Positions 11,052 through 20,800 of a DNA stretch of 64,000 nucleotides are shown in pieces. The position numbers were made by a program, and so were the translations under genes. The DNA lies in contig JBAZSB010000001.1 in the NCBI GenBank assembly GCA_041662625.1, forward strand, positions 471,093 through 535,092, written 5' to 3'. Below the pieces are notes generated by a model. It made no database searches. It was not told the DNA's origin and saw nothing but the letters and a program-made list of their open reading frames with translations. The stretch is from Patescibacteria group bacterium. GTDB lineage: Bacteria; Patescibacteriota; Patescibacteriia; Buchananbacterales; UBA6539. The first letter of the stretch is position 1; the number at the start of each line of letters is the position of its first letter.

Positions 11052-11604
11052 TTTTATTTAATAGTTCACGACAAACCTTGATGGCTCGATGAAGTAAAAC
11101 TCTCACCGAACCTTTTGACTTATCTAAGACATTAGCAATCTCACTGATTGAAAGTTCTTCAATGAAACGGAGAATAACGATTTCTCGATACTCATCTTTC
11201 ATCTGTCTGAGAACTTTCTCAATATTTTTCATCTCAAATTCAGTGTCAATCTGAAACAATAAACTTTGCTGGCGATAGTCTTCAACATTCAACAACGATT
11301 CTTGATCTTGAGTAAAATCCTTTCGGGCGCTCTGACGATAAAAATCAATAACTAAATTCCGGGCAGCTTTATAAAGTAAAGCCTTTAAATTTTCAATCTT
11401 CTCGTCTGTCTCGGTAACATACTGCCAAATTTTCAAAAATACTTCCGAAGTCAAGTCTTCGGCATCTTGACGCGTCGCCACCTTAAAATAAATAAATCTG
11501 TAGATGGGCGTTACATACAGATCATAAATTTGGGCAAAAGCCTCGGGATCTTTCTTTTTCAACCTTAATAATAGCAGTTTTTCCTGAAGTTTAGAAGTGG
11601 GCAT
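11041..11604 (-). CDS. ECF RNA polymerase sigma factor
   Basis: AFAQIYD..IYRFIY, DAEDLTSEVFLKIW, ARNLVIDFYR, region 4 EIANVLDKSKGSVRVLLHRA. Confidence 0.93.
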   Translation of the reverse strand: MPTSKLQEKLLLLRLKKKDPEAFAQIYDLYVTPIYRFIYFKVATRQDAEDLTSEVFLKIWQYVTETDEKIENLKALLYKAARNLVIDFYRQSARKDFTQDQESLLNVEDYRQQSLLFQIDTEFEMKNIEKVLRQMKDEYREIVILRFIEELSISEIANVLDKSKGSVRVLLHRAIKVCRELLNKNER

Positions 11605-11622
11605 TAAGTATACATTAATTAA

Positions 11623-11648
11623 GACGTAATAAATAAATAAATGTTACA
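11623..11648 (-). promoter_or_regulatory. ECF-type promoter upstream of the sigma gene (autoregulatory)
   Basis: Minus strand TGTAAC-N16-CGTC, matching the AAC/CGT pattern of SigX/SigW-type promoters. Confidence 0.65.
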
Positions 11649-11770
11649 GCAATAAACTATACTATAACTATTTTCTTGAAGTAAGTCAATGATTATGACC
11701 TAAAACCTGAAGCTTGGACCTTATGGCTCAAAGCTTGTTTTGTAGCTTGAGGTTACAGGTTTCAAGATAT

Positions 11771-11836
11771 TTGACTAATTTTTCTTAATTTATTACTATA
11801 TAAATGGACTAATTGTCCAGACTAATCTAGACAAAT
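11771..11836 (+). promoter_or_regulatory. Sigma70 promoter with GACWAAT direct repeats
   Basis: TTGACT-17-TACTAT; GACWAAT at 11773, 11807, 11820, 11830. Confidence 0.6.
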
Positions 11837-11848
11837 AATGCTATTTCT

Positions 11849-12136
11849 ATGCCCAATGTAATTCGGGTCTCGGTCTCAGAAGCCAGCCGGCTTTTTGGGG
11901 TCGAACCAAAAACTGTTAGACGAGCGATCAAGGACCAAAAACTCAAATACATTGTTGTCCAAGGCCGATATAAGATTAATTTTAGCAGCCTCTTGGAATG
12001 GTCACAAGGCAAAATGACCACTAAAAATAAACTGGCTGATCGGGGTATTGGCCAATATGTGGATAAGTGGAAAATTAAAAACAAGCTCTACTCCCCCAAT
12101 CCAGAGCTGGTTGGAGAGAATAAACCCAAAAGATAA
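11849..12136 (+). CDS. Excisionase/BldC-like (HTH_17) DNA-binding protein
   Basis: VSVSEASRLFGVEPKTVRRAIK...GRYKI winged HTH. Confidence 0.75.
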   Translation: MPNVIRVSVSEASRLFGVEPKTVRRAIKDQKLKYIVVQGRYKINFSSLLEWSQGKMTTKNKLADRGIGQYVDKWKIKNKLYSPNPELVGENKPKR

Positions 12137-12140
12137 AACA

Positions 12141-12180
12141 AAAAAAATCGCCTTTTAGATAAACTCAAGGCGATTTTTTT
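12141..12180. terminator. Bidirectional intrinsic terminator
   Basis: AAAAAAATCGCCTT...AAGGCGATTTTTT between convergent genes. Confidence 0.8.
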
Positions 12181-12202
12181 GTAATATACTTCTAAACTAA
12201 AA

Positions 12203-13366
12203 TTAGTCAGGCAAAATTACTAGAGTTACTGTTTTAGTTATTGTCTTACCGGCTCTCAATATCTCTAAATCAATCTCATCACCCCCCTGGTACTGTTGAA
12301 TCAATTCCGTTAAGCTACTATTTTTATCAATTTGCTGACCATCAACACTGACAACAATATCGGCTTCTTGGAGGCCGGCATCTGAGGCTGGTGTCCCCTT
12401 CTTTGGACTTTGATAAACTAATGCTCCGCGATTTAATCCCTGAGTTAAATTTTCATTTAAACCAAACACCCAGGCTAAATCAATATAACTAACACCGAGA
12501 AATGGTCGCTTAACTATACTGCTACGCAAAACATCTAAAACGATTGGCCGAAACTGATTGATCGGTACAGCGGTTACCAATTTATCGTCTTGACTGATCT
12601 CTTTAATTATACCAATCACCTCTCCCCCAAGATTAATTAAAGGGCTGCCTAAATAGGTATCATCTAAAACACCGTTTAGCGAAATTGATCGGTTATATTC
12701 TTCCGAAGAAATAACAAAGTTATCGCCTGAAGTAATATTAATGTAATCGGTGTTTTTAATATTAACCACCATCGCCTCACCTAAATTATTCAAAGTAATA
12801 GCCAACTGACCCAAAGTGGCTTCATCAGAGTCCCCCAAGACAACCACCGGTAGATTACTAGCTGAAATTTTTAAAAAAACTACACTGGTAGTGGCATCAA
12901 TTATTAAATTATCAATCGTAAAAGTTTTTCCAGCATAAACCACGACCAGCTGGTCAGGCTTATAATTTTTGAAAATTTCACCAAAACTAACTAGCCAGCC
13001 ATCACTGGTTAAAATAAAACCGTTAGTTTTTAAATCTTGGGGTAAATAAATTTGATTTAAAGCATTGTTACTGGAAGATTTTTTAGAATAAATACCAACC
13101 AATCCCGGAGTAACTTTCTCAATTGATTTATTAACCTCAAAATCTTGCTGAATACCTAAAAATCTTGTAACTCGTCTTAGTTCGGGAATAACTGAAGAAG
13201 CACCGGCATTCGTATTCAAAATATCTACCGTATAACTATCGCGCCAAGGATCAATATAAACATCAGCCACAATCTGACCAACGACACCGGCGGCAAAACC
13301 AAATACCATAGATAAAATTACTACCTGGGAAATAAATTGCTCTTTTTGCTTTTTAAATAATTTCAT
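12203..13366 (-). CDS. HtrA/S1C-like protein with PDZ domain, catalytic residues degenerate
   Basis: GFILTSDG, LGDSD, GSPLINLGGEVIGI, RPFLGV, PDZ; TNxH and GNSGG motifs absent. Confidence 0.8.
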   Translation of the reverse strand: MKLFKKQKEQFISQVVILSMVFGFAAGVVGQIVADVYIDPWRDSYTVDILNTNAGASSVIPELRRVTRFLGIQQDFEVNKSIEKVTPGLVGIYSKKSSSNNALNQIYLPQDLKTNGFILTSDGWLVSFGEIFKNYKPDQLVVVYAGKTFTIDNLIIDATTSVVFLKISASNLPVVVLGDSDEATLGQLAITLNNLGEAMVVNIKNTDYINITSGDNFVISSEEYNRSISLNGVLDDTYLGSPLINLGGEVIGIIKEISQDDKLVTAVPINQFRPIVLDVLRSSIVKRPFLGVSYIDLAWVFGLNENLTQGLNRGALVYQSPKKGTPASDAGLQEADIVVSVDGQQIDKNSSLTELIQQYQGGDEIDLEILRAGKTITKTVTLVILPD

Positions 13367-13370
13367 ATTT

Positions 13371-14135
13371 TTAAAACCATTTAGCCGTAGCTAAAATAAT
13401 AATTAAAGCTAAAACACTAATTAATAAATAACGTTTGACTACTTTACTTTCCTTAATCTCCAAAAGCCAATTACGGGCTAAGCCGCCTACAAGGTAATAA
13501 CTAATAGTGACAATTAAACCACTAACATAAACGCTGGTTGGTAAGAATATGGCCGCCCAAAAAATTTCAGAAATTAAAATGGTAACCACTAAAATATAAG
13601 GCAAAGCGGCCGCAAAAGTCTTGCCACTGGTCCAAGCTAATTGGTAATTTAGCAAAATATTAACTACCATGAAAATAATTAATAAAATTACCCAAGAAAA
13701 ACCTAAAAAAATAGCCAGGCTATAAAAACCACTAGCGATTAAAAAAATGGTGATTAAACCCAAATGAATGATGATATTTTCTAGAGAATAAGCCTGATAT
13801 TTAATCCGAAGATGAAATTTCAAAAATACTACTTCAAAAAAAGCCCAGAATAAGATTACCACACAGACCAAAAAAGCCTGCTTGAAAAATTGACCTTCTA
13901 AAAAAATAAAAAAAAGTAAAGTCCCGGCAAAAAGTAACAGCGGCGTCAATAAAATCTGCCAAAAATTTGGGCTAAAAAGTTTCCGGCCAACTAGCTGCCA
14001 AACACTTAAAATAATTAAACCTAAAGCCAACGGCATTAACCAATAGATCTGTTTTGGCATCACTAATAGCTGCTCAAATAGAAAAAAAATGACTAGGGCT
14101 ATTAAGACGGGAATAATTCGATTAACTGCTTTCAT
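13371..14135 (-). CDS. Polytopic membrane protein
   Basis: About 8 hydrophobic segments. Confidence 0.75.
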   Translation of the reverse strand: MKAVNRIIPVLIALVIFFLFEQLLVMPKQIYWLMPLALGLIILSVWQLVGRKLFSPNFWQILLTPLLLFAGTLLFFIFLEGQFFKQAFLVCVVILFWAFFEVVFLKFHLRIKYQAYSLENIIIHLGLITIFLIASGFYSLAIFLGFSWVILLIIFMVVNILLNYQLAWTSGKTFAAALPYILVVTILISEIFWAAIFLPTSVYVSGLIVTISYYLVGGLARNWLLEIKESKVVKRYLLISVLALIIILATAKWF

Positions 14136-14138
14136 TTT

Positions 14139-15050
14139 TTACTTTGACTTTAATTCTTTAAGCTTCTTCAACTGTTCAACGTCAAGCCCAATACTTTTCA
14201 GCTTTTCGATCGTGTCCGGTGCCAAATTATCAAAATCATAATTAGATATCTTCTCTTTTTCTACATTGTCTAGCTGATCAATGACTTTAATGAGGCTAGT
14301 GACGCTATCTCTAATAAGTCCAATATCAATGGCAAGTCGCAAAATTAATTTACCATCTTTCAATTCAAGCGCCGGCGTGCGGGATTTATCGGAATTGACT
14401 TGATTCAAATCGATATTATAAAGAGTGGTGTGTTTATCTCCGGATTTCTCCAAGTATTTATGAACCGACCAATTAACCAGACTGGGTGGCAAATTTAAAT
14501 TACCAACTTTAAATTGAGTGATCTGATAAGAATAGGGGGCCCCTTCTGGTTTGGATATTTTAACCTTCAAAGTGAGGTTTACTTTAATTGGTCTAAGCAT
14601 TAAACCAAAAAATTCAATTTCACCCTCATTAATCACGATTTGGGTATTTTGAGCAAACTTAGGTTTTTCTTGTTTAGCTAAATTTTGGCGGATAATGAAA
14701 GTCAATTCTTCTTCCGTTAGCTCCATGGTGGTCATTTTTGTCGTCTGGTCATATTGATAACTGGCTGGTCTTCGAATAAAATCTTCTGGATTGTCGATTA
14801 CTATTAACCGGCTTGGCGAAGGCACTCGGTAAAAAATTTGAGAAAGAACTGGAATTTCAATAATGCCGGCTTTGGCTATTAAAGCAACTAAAATAATCAA
14901 AATGAAAATAAACAAAAATCCGGCCAGACGTAAGCAACTGGTTTTAACTGATCGTTTTTTAGCCCTTCTTTCTTTTTTCGGCGGCTTTGGCTTGGGCTTA
15001 AGATCTTGTGAGGGCAATAAATTTTCTTCTTTGAGATCAATCCGAGCCAT
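14139..15050 (-). CDS. Membrane-anchored hypothetical protein
   Basis: Single TM; long ORF in the operon. Confidence 0.7.
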   Translation of the reverse strand: MARIDLKEENLLPSQDLKPKPKPPKKERRAKKRSVKTSCLRLAGFLFIFILIILVALIAKAGIIEIPVLSQIFYRVPSPSRLIVIDNPEDFIRRPASYQYDQTTKMTTMELTEEELTFIIRQNLAKQEKPKFAQNTQIVINEGEIEFFGLMLRPIKVNLTLKVKISKPEGAPYSYQITQFKVGNLNLPPSLVNWSVHKYLEKSGDKHTTLYNIDLNQVNSDKSRTPALELKDGKLILRLAIDIGLIRDSVTSLIKVIDQLDNVEKEKISNYDFDNLAPDTIEKLKSIGLDVEQLKKLKELKSK

Positions 15051-15062
15051 AAAAATGATTAA

Positions 15063-15458
15063 TTATTCAAGCCACGGGTATTCGGTTTTTAAAGCCTGAA
15101 TCTTTGCTTGTCCGTCTTCTATCTTATTTTGGTCTGAAGCCAGTTGTCCTTGCTCAAGTGATTCAAAGGCAACAACCAAACTGAAATGAAGATCCAGGTA
15201 TTGGGCCGGCGCTTTTAAAGCCAAAATTTTATCCTTAATACCTAAAATTTTATTACTTTCCCAATAGGGTTTCAAAATTTCAACCAAATTCGATTCATAA
15301 TCGGCCACTAAATCCTTTTGTTCCTCTGGTTTTGGTTGATTTTGCATATTTTGGTTGCTTATAGGCTCTGACTTGTTAGAACAGCCAACCATAACAAAAC
15401 CAAAAAAAGCTAAAATTACAAAAATAAAAACTTTTCTAGTGCCAAAAATTTTTCTCAT
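15063..15458 (-). CDS. Putative lipoprotein
   Basis: Lipobox-like MVGC after hydrophobic stretch. Confidence 0.65.
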   Translation of the reverse strand: MRKIFGTRKVFIFVILAFFGFVMVGCSNKSEPISNQNMQNQPKPEEQKDLVADYESNLVEILKPYWESNKILGIKDKILALKAPAQYLDLHFSLVVAFESLEQGQLASDQNKIEDGQAKIQALKTEYPWLE

Positions 15459-15470
15459 TAGCTTATTAAT

Positions 15471-15806
15471 TTAATAGATAAATGAGATTAAAATAAATGA
15501 TAAAATTCCGACGATGGCCAAAGTGACCAGAGTAACTATGGCCGTCATTAAAGCCTCGGCAAAACGCTTCTGAAAAGCTAAATAAACCGGATAACCAAGA
15601 ACTAGAATTCCCGAAACCGCAGCGCTAAAAACGAATAGGAGCAAAACTAGTAATGGACCAGCTATCCCTGGCGGATCATGGGGCATTGCATTACCAATAA
15701 TAGTAATCAAGGAAGCAATCAATAAAATATAAATTGCTTCCGCAATCCCGCCCAAAAAACCAAATCTAAGAACTTCTGATTCATTAATTTTTTGTTTTTT
15801 GAACAT
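15471..15806 (-). CDS. Small membrane protein
   Basis: 3 TM segments. Confidence 0.7.
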   Translation of the reverse strand: MFKKQKINESEVLRFGFLGGIAEAIYILLIASLITIIGNAMPHDPPGIAGPLLVLLLFVFSAAVSGILVLGYPVYLAFQKRFAEALMTAIVTLVTLAIVGILSFILISFIY

Positions 15807-15841
15807 AGATTTAGGTATTAGTAATTAGGTATTAGGGATTA

Positions 15842-16180
15842 CTAAAACGCCATTTCGCCCCGGCTCATTTCCATCTCTACCCAATTATCACCGGCTGGAT
15901 CATAACGATAAGCTTTAAATTTATGAACTTTTTCCGTATCGGAATAAACATACTCAACTCTCGTATCACTACCAATCCGCCGTGAACCAATAGTTTTTTT
16001 ATCCAAAACTAAAGGTTTGGTCGTTCGCTCCAGCTTCATTCGCCCTAGTGGTCCTTTAAACTCAATAATTTCAGCTGTGCCCGGACCAATCTCTTCGGGT
16101 AAATCTTCGGTTCGATGATCAATAACTTCAAAGTTGTCTTTAACTTGAGCGATAGTATTTTGCCATTTTTCATCAGTCAT
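15842..16180 (-). CDS. Hypothetical protein
   Basis: Soluble ORF in operon orientation. Confidence 0.7.
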   Translation of the reverse strand: MTDEKWQNTIAQVKDNFEVIDHRTEDLPEEIGPGTAEIIEFKGPLGRMKLERTTKPLVLDKKTIGSRRIGSDTRVEYVYSDTEKVHKFKAYRYDPAGDNWVEMEMSRGEMAF

Positions 16181-16274
16181 AGTTTAGGAAGTAGTGAGTA
16201 GACCAGTAGATTAGTAGGACGGTAGGTAAAAATCCTTATTCCCCTACCAATCTACCGATCTACAACCCTACCAA

Positions 16275-17318
16275 CTAGTAATAAGTACTTAAAGTATCGC
16301 CAGTGCCGGTCCGATTAATATAAGTTTGCCGATCAATTAAACCTTGCTCATATAAACTTTTGAGTGAAGAGCGCATAGTAACCATCCCTTCGCTTCTGCC
16401 AGTTTGCATCGCTGAAGTAATATGAGTGATTTTATCTTCCCGGATCAAATTAGCAATTGCCGGCGTGTTAATCATTACTTCTCGGCTGACAACTACTCCA
16501 CCGTCTTTTTTCGGCAACATTTGCTGGCAGATAACAGCTCGCAAAACTGAAGCCAACTGCATCAAAATTTGTTGCTGGCGATGGGAAGGAAACATATCGA
16601 CAATTCTTTCAATAGTTTCAGCCGCCGTATTCGTATGGAGAGTTGAAATTACCAAGTGACCGGTTTCCGCCGCCGTTAATGTAGCCGAAATTGTTTCCAG
16701 ATCCCGCATTTCACCCACCATAATTACATTTGGATCCTGGCGCAAGGCTCTTTTTAAGGCTTCATGAAAAGAATGAGTATCACGGCCTAATTCCCGCTGT
16801 TCAATAATACTTTGTTCTTCTTTAAAAATAAATTCAATTGGATCTTCAATCGTAATAATATGAGCTTTCCGTTCTTTATTGATTAAATTAATCAAAACGG
16901 CTAAAGTGGTAGATTTTCCCGAACCCGATGGACCGGTGACTAAAATTAGACCTTGATTGAGGTGACTTAATTTATAGATTGATTCATCAAAATAAATTTC
17001 TTTAGGTGTAGGAATGTGCTCTGGGATTACCCGGGCTGCCAGACCAATTAAACCTTCTTGCTGATGTAAATTAATTCTGAAGTGGCCACCAGCGATATCC
17101 AAAGCAAAATCAAGTTCTTTTTCTTTTTTAAAAACAGCCACATCACTTTCACTCATTAATGAAAAAATGGCTGCTTCTAACTCATGGGGATCTAAATTAT
17201 CCTCAGTGATAACTGCCAAGTTACCATCAATTCTTAAAGTTGGTTTATTATTGGCAACCAAATGAAGATCAGAAGCACTCTTTTTTATTGCCAGGGCAAA
17301 ATATTGTTTTATATCCAT
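16275..17318 (-). CDS. pilT: Type IV pilus retraction ATPase PilT/PilU family
   Basis: ASDLHL, GPSGSGKSTT, TIEDPIE, ALRQDPNVIMVGEMRD, AETGHLVISTLHT. Confidence 0.93.
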   Translation of the reverse strand: MDIKQYFALAIKKSASDLHLVANNKPTLRIDGNLAVITEDNLDPHELEAAIFSLMSESDVAVFKKEKELDFALDIAGGHFRINLHQQEGLIGLAARVIPEHIPTPKEIYFDESIYKLSHLNQGLILVTGPSGSGKSTTLAVLINLINKERKAHIITIEDPIEFIFKEEQSIIEQRELGRDTHSFHEALKRALRQDPNVIMVGEMRDLETISATLTAAETGHLVISTLHTNTAAETIERIVDMFPSHRQQQILMQLASVLRAVICQQMLPKKDGGVVVSREVMINTPAIANLIREDKITHITSAMQTGRSEGMVTMRSSLKSLYEQGLIDRQTYINRTGTGDTLSTYY

Positions 17319-17373
17319 AAGTTTAGTTAATCAGTAAATCGCTTAATTAACTTGATTCACTGATATTATATGT

Positions 17374-17449
17374 TCGCCTACGGCGACCATGAAATTACGT
17401 CGCTCGGTCCCGATGAAAACAAGTTTTCATCTGTCCCTCGCTAGTAATT
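17374..17449. repeat. REP-like palindromic element
   Basis: TCGCC-TAC-GGCGA hairpin, plus AATTAC..GATGAAAAC-AA-GTTTTCATC..GTAATT hairpin at the NUDIX stop codon. Confidence 0.6.
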
Positions 17450-17894
17450 ATAGCACAAAATCCTGCTGTTTTAAAAGAAACTGGTGGGCTCTCTTTAAAG
17501 AATCTTGGCCTTCCTGATAAAATAATCTTTCTAAGGCAGTGTCAAAATCAAACCAGCCATAGTCCAAATGTTCATCAGAAACTTTCACTTTATCATCTTT
17601 AGTCTCGCCGAGAAAAAAAATTGCCTTCTTATAAACTTTTTCTTTGACTCCATTCTCAATCTGAGTATCAAAATCATAGTCATATTCATCGATAAAACCA
17701 TCAACAATTTTAATTTGAGTAATTCCGGTTTCTTCTTTAAGCTCTCGTAGTGCTGATTCTAATTCCGTCTCTAAACCCTCTTGGCGGCCTTTGGGAAAAT
17801 TCCAATACTCACCGCCGTGATGCAAAAGCAGATAGCGAATGCCCTGGCCTTCTTTTCTAAAAGTGATGATGCCAATAGTTTTTTCACGTAGCAT
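17448..17894 (-). CDS. NUDIX hydrolase (Ap4A hydrolase-like)
   Basis: WNFPKG...ALRELKEETG Nudix box; SDEH. Confidence 0.9.
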   Translation of the reverse strand: MLREKTIGIITFRKEGQGIRYLLLHHGGEYWNFPKGRQEGLETELESALRELKEETGITQIKIVDGFIDEYDYDFDTQIENGVKEKVYKKAIFFLGETKDDKVKVSDEHLDYGWFDFDTALERLFYQEGQDSLKRAHQFLLKQQDFVL

Positions 17895-17962
17895 AGTTTT
17901 AGATTAGTAGGTTAGTAGACCGGTAGATTGGTAGGTTCCTACTGTCCTACATTCCTACCACC

Positions 17963-19216
17963 CTACTTTCCTAAATACTTTCTTCCCTTCAACTTCTCCG
18001 GTAAGTATTCTTGCTCTTCTTTCCAGTCGTAGTTGGGTGAATACTTATAATCTCTGCCATAATTTAAATCTTTCATCAGTTTGGTCGGGGCATTACGTAA
18101 ATGCAAAGGCACTGGTTCGTCCATAGTATTTTTTACGTCTTCTTGGACTCGACCATAAGCCTGGTAGACTTCGACTGATTTCTTGGCCCGGGCCATATAA
18201 ACCACACATTGAGCCAAAATAATGTTACATTCCGGCATCCCGATGAAGTGGCAGCCTTGGTAGCAAGCCACGGCCTGCTCTAAGGCTTTGGGGTCAGCCA
18301 GACCAATATCTTCAACCGCCATCCGCACTAAGCGCCGGGCAACATAGAGCGGATCTTCACCGGCTTCCAGCATTCGCCCCAGCCAATAAAGCGCCGCATC
18401 GGCATTACCGCCACGAACTGACTTATGCAAAGCCGAAATAATGTTATAGTGCTGCTCGCCGTCTTTATCATATAAATAACTTGATTTCTGGAGTGACTCT
18501 TTGATGATTTTATTGTCTAAAACAATTTTACCTTGAGAATTCGGTTTTGTCGATTTAACGGCAAATTCCAAAGCATTCAAAGCAACCCGGGCATCACCAT
18601 TAGCTAAAGACGCTAAGTAGCGGCTGGCCTCATCATTAAGACTAATTTTTAAATTAGGAAAGCCAAGTTTTAAAGCCCGCTCTAAAATTTTTTCAATATC
18701 ATGATCACTCAGTTGATTTAAAACAAAAACTCGGCAGCGCGACAGTAAAGCCGACACGACTTCAAAACTCGGATTTTCAGTGGTTGCCCCAATTAAAGTA
18801 ATAATCCCCCGCTCGACATAAGGCAATAAGCCGTCCTGTTGGGCTTTATTCCAGCGGTGAATTTCGTCAATAAATAAAATCGTCCGCCGGCCGTGAAGCT
18901 TGCGCCGCTCCTGAGCCTCTTTGATTACTTCCCGAAATTCTTTCACCCCGGAATTAACCGCTGACATTTGGACAAAAATTGATTTTGTCATTTTGGCGAT
19001 GATGCGAGCCAGTGTGCTTTTGCCCGTTCCCGGCGGCCCCCAAAAAATCATGGAAGGAATCTCGTCTTTTTCCATGGCTTGACGCAAGAGCTTGCCCGAA
19101 CCGACCACTTCTTTTTGACCAACAAAATCCGCCAAGCTCTCTGGCCGCAGGCGGTCAGCCAAGGGAGCATTGGCTTTTAGATCGGCTTTAAATTTTTGGT
19201 CGAATAGATCATCCAT
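17963..19216 (-). CDS. rarA: Replication-associated recombination protein A
   Basis: PLADRLRP, WGPPGTGKST, FIDEIHR, ISALHKSVRG, EDIGLADP; start set at MDDL. Confidence 0.95.
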   Translation of the reverse strand: MDDLFDQKFKADLKANAPLADRLRPESLADFVGQKEVVGSGKLLRQAMEKDEIPSMIFWGPPGTGKSTLARIIAKMTKSIFVQMSAVNSGVKEFREVIKEAQERRKLHGRRTILFIDEIHRWNKAQQDGLLPYVERGIITLIGATTENPSFEVVSALLSRCRVFVLNQLSDHDIEKILERALKLGFPNLKISLNDEASRYLASLANGDARVALNALEFAVKSTKPNSQGKIVLDNKIIKESLQKSSYLYDKDGEQHYNIISALHKSVRGGNADAALYWLGRMLEAGEDPLYVARRLVRMAVEDIGLADPKALEQAVACYQGCHFIGMPECNIILAQCVVYMARAKKSVEVYQAYGRVQEDVKNTMDEPVPLHLRNAPTKLMKDLNYGRDYKYSPNYDWKEEQEYLPEKLKGRKYLGK

Positions 19217-19313
19217 AAATAATTTTGAATTTTTAAACTCTAATTTTGAATCAATACTATAATATTTAAATATTAGAAATTGATTCAAAATTCAAAATTT
19301 AAAATTAATCTTT

Positions 19314-20006
19314 TTACCTGCCAAATCGCCTCTGTCTCTTATTATAGTCTTTAATAATTTTATCCAGATCTTTCTGGTTAAAATCCGGCCAGTGTTTTTT
19401 GATAAAAACTAGTTCTGAATAAACCGATTGCCAGGTCAAAAAATTAGACAAACGCTGTTCGCCGGAAGTTCTGATAATCAAGTCGGGATCGGCGATACCT
19501 TGGGTCCAAAGATTTTTAGAAATTAAATTTTCATTAATTTTTTGAGCAGGGGTCTTTTTACTGATTATTTTTTTGACCGCTTGCAAAATATCTGGTCGGC
19601 CGCCATAAGAAATCGCCAGATTAAATAATAACTTCCGATTATTTTTTGTTTTGCTTTCTGCCGCCTTAATCAATTTTTGAATATCTGGCGCCAATCTTTC
19701 CCGCTGGCCGATGACCTTGAGGCGTACCCCTTGTCGATCAAGTTCGGAAATATCCCGGCTTAAAGCCTGACGGAAAAGATTCATCAGATAATTTACCTCG
19801 GTTTTCTTCCGGCTCCAGTTCTCGGTGGAAAAAGCATAAACCGTCAAAATCTTGATCCCTTTATCAATACACCACCGACTCGCTTCCTTCATTTTACTAT
19901 AACCACGGCGGTGGCCTTCGAGGCTGGGCAAACTGCGATTTTTCGCCCAGCGCCGATTACCGTCCATAATTATACCAATATGGGTTATAGGGGTTTTAAG
20001 CCTCAT
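19314..20006 (-). CDS. uppS: Undecaprenyl/polyprenyl diphosphate synthase
   Basis: HIGIIMDGNRRWA, YAFSTENW, IRTSGEQRLSNFL, RRFG. Confidence 0.96.
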   Translation of the reverse strand: MRLKTPITHIGIIMDGNRRWAKNRSLPSLEGHRRGYSKMKEASRWCIDKGIKILTVYAFSTENWSRKKTEVNYLMNLFRQALSRDISELDRQGVRLKVIGQRERLAPDIQKLIKAAESKTKNNRKLLFNLAISYGGRPDILQAVKKIISKKTPAQKINENLISKNLWTQGIADPDLIIRTSGEQRLSNFLTWQSVYSELVFIKKHWPDFNQKDLDKIIKDYNKRQRRFGR

Positions 20007-20206
20007 AAAATGGCAAATTTTAACGAATAAAGGCTACCTTATTCTACCGCTAAAGCCATTTTTGGTCAAAACCGTGATTATTTTAAAATCTGGTTAAAAC
20101 ATTGACAAAATTATAGAAATATGCTATAGTGTAATGTATCTCTTGGCGCAAGAGATAGGGCTGCGAAAGAATTGGCAAACCACACAAATGTGAAAGGAGA
20201 CTTGAC

Positions 20207-20599
20207 ATGTGGTGGAAGCTGTTCATTCGTAGCTGTATCGGATCCTTGATTTTGGCTCTTGTAGCCGGCCTGATCGCCACGCGATTGGGTGATAGCAGCA
20301 GAGCTGGCTTAATTGCCAAGTACGTCTGCTGGCTGGGAATCGGGATCCCAAGTGCCATCTGCATCATAGTGGCTGTACGCCAGTTCATGGTTTCCATGAT
20401 TACTGGGATACACCGCCTGATAAAAGGGCACTCGCAATTCATTGGCGGACTACTGGTCGTCTTTGGTTTCGGCATCGCCGCTGGCCTTGGGGGCGCGGAG
20501 ACTGACTACGACAGTGTTCTGCCAAATATCATCGCCGGCCTTGTCGGACTGGCAATGATGTTCCTCGGGACTAAGCTGTTGCAAAACAGCAAAGTCTAG
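20207..20599 (+). CDS. Orphan membrane protein (own promoter, SD, terminator)
   Basis: 4 TM; AAGGAG SD; TTGACA-17-TATAGT at 20102-20130. Confidence 0.65.
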   Translation: MWWKLFIRSCIGSLILALVAGLIATRLGDSSRAGLIAKYVCWLGIGIPSAICIIVAVRQFMVSMITGIHRLIKGHSQFIGGLLVVFGFGIAAGLGGAETDYDSVLPNIIAGLVGLAMMFLGTKLLQNSKV

Positions 20600-20800
20600 G
20601 TACCCACAACCGACATCATCGAGGCCGCTTGCTTGGTCACCTCCCTCCTTACGGGTGACTTCTCAAAGCGGCCTCGCCTTTTTTTATTTACTTATCTTTT
20701 TTAAAAGATTATAATATAAGTAGAGGTCATTCATAGTCCATATCATCTGTTCTCCTCTGATAAAGGCCTGATTATCATCATCGGGCAAAGGAGGTGTCAG

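Noticed and set aside
11849-12136. Prophage excisionase
   Set aside because: No integrase or phage genes nearby; the context is chromosomal.
19217-19288. N-terminal extensions of RarA (and ScpA 43608-43640) in the ORF track
   Set aside because: They are translations of intergenic tandem-repeat elements; downstream ATGs match the family starts.
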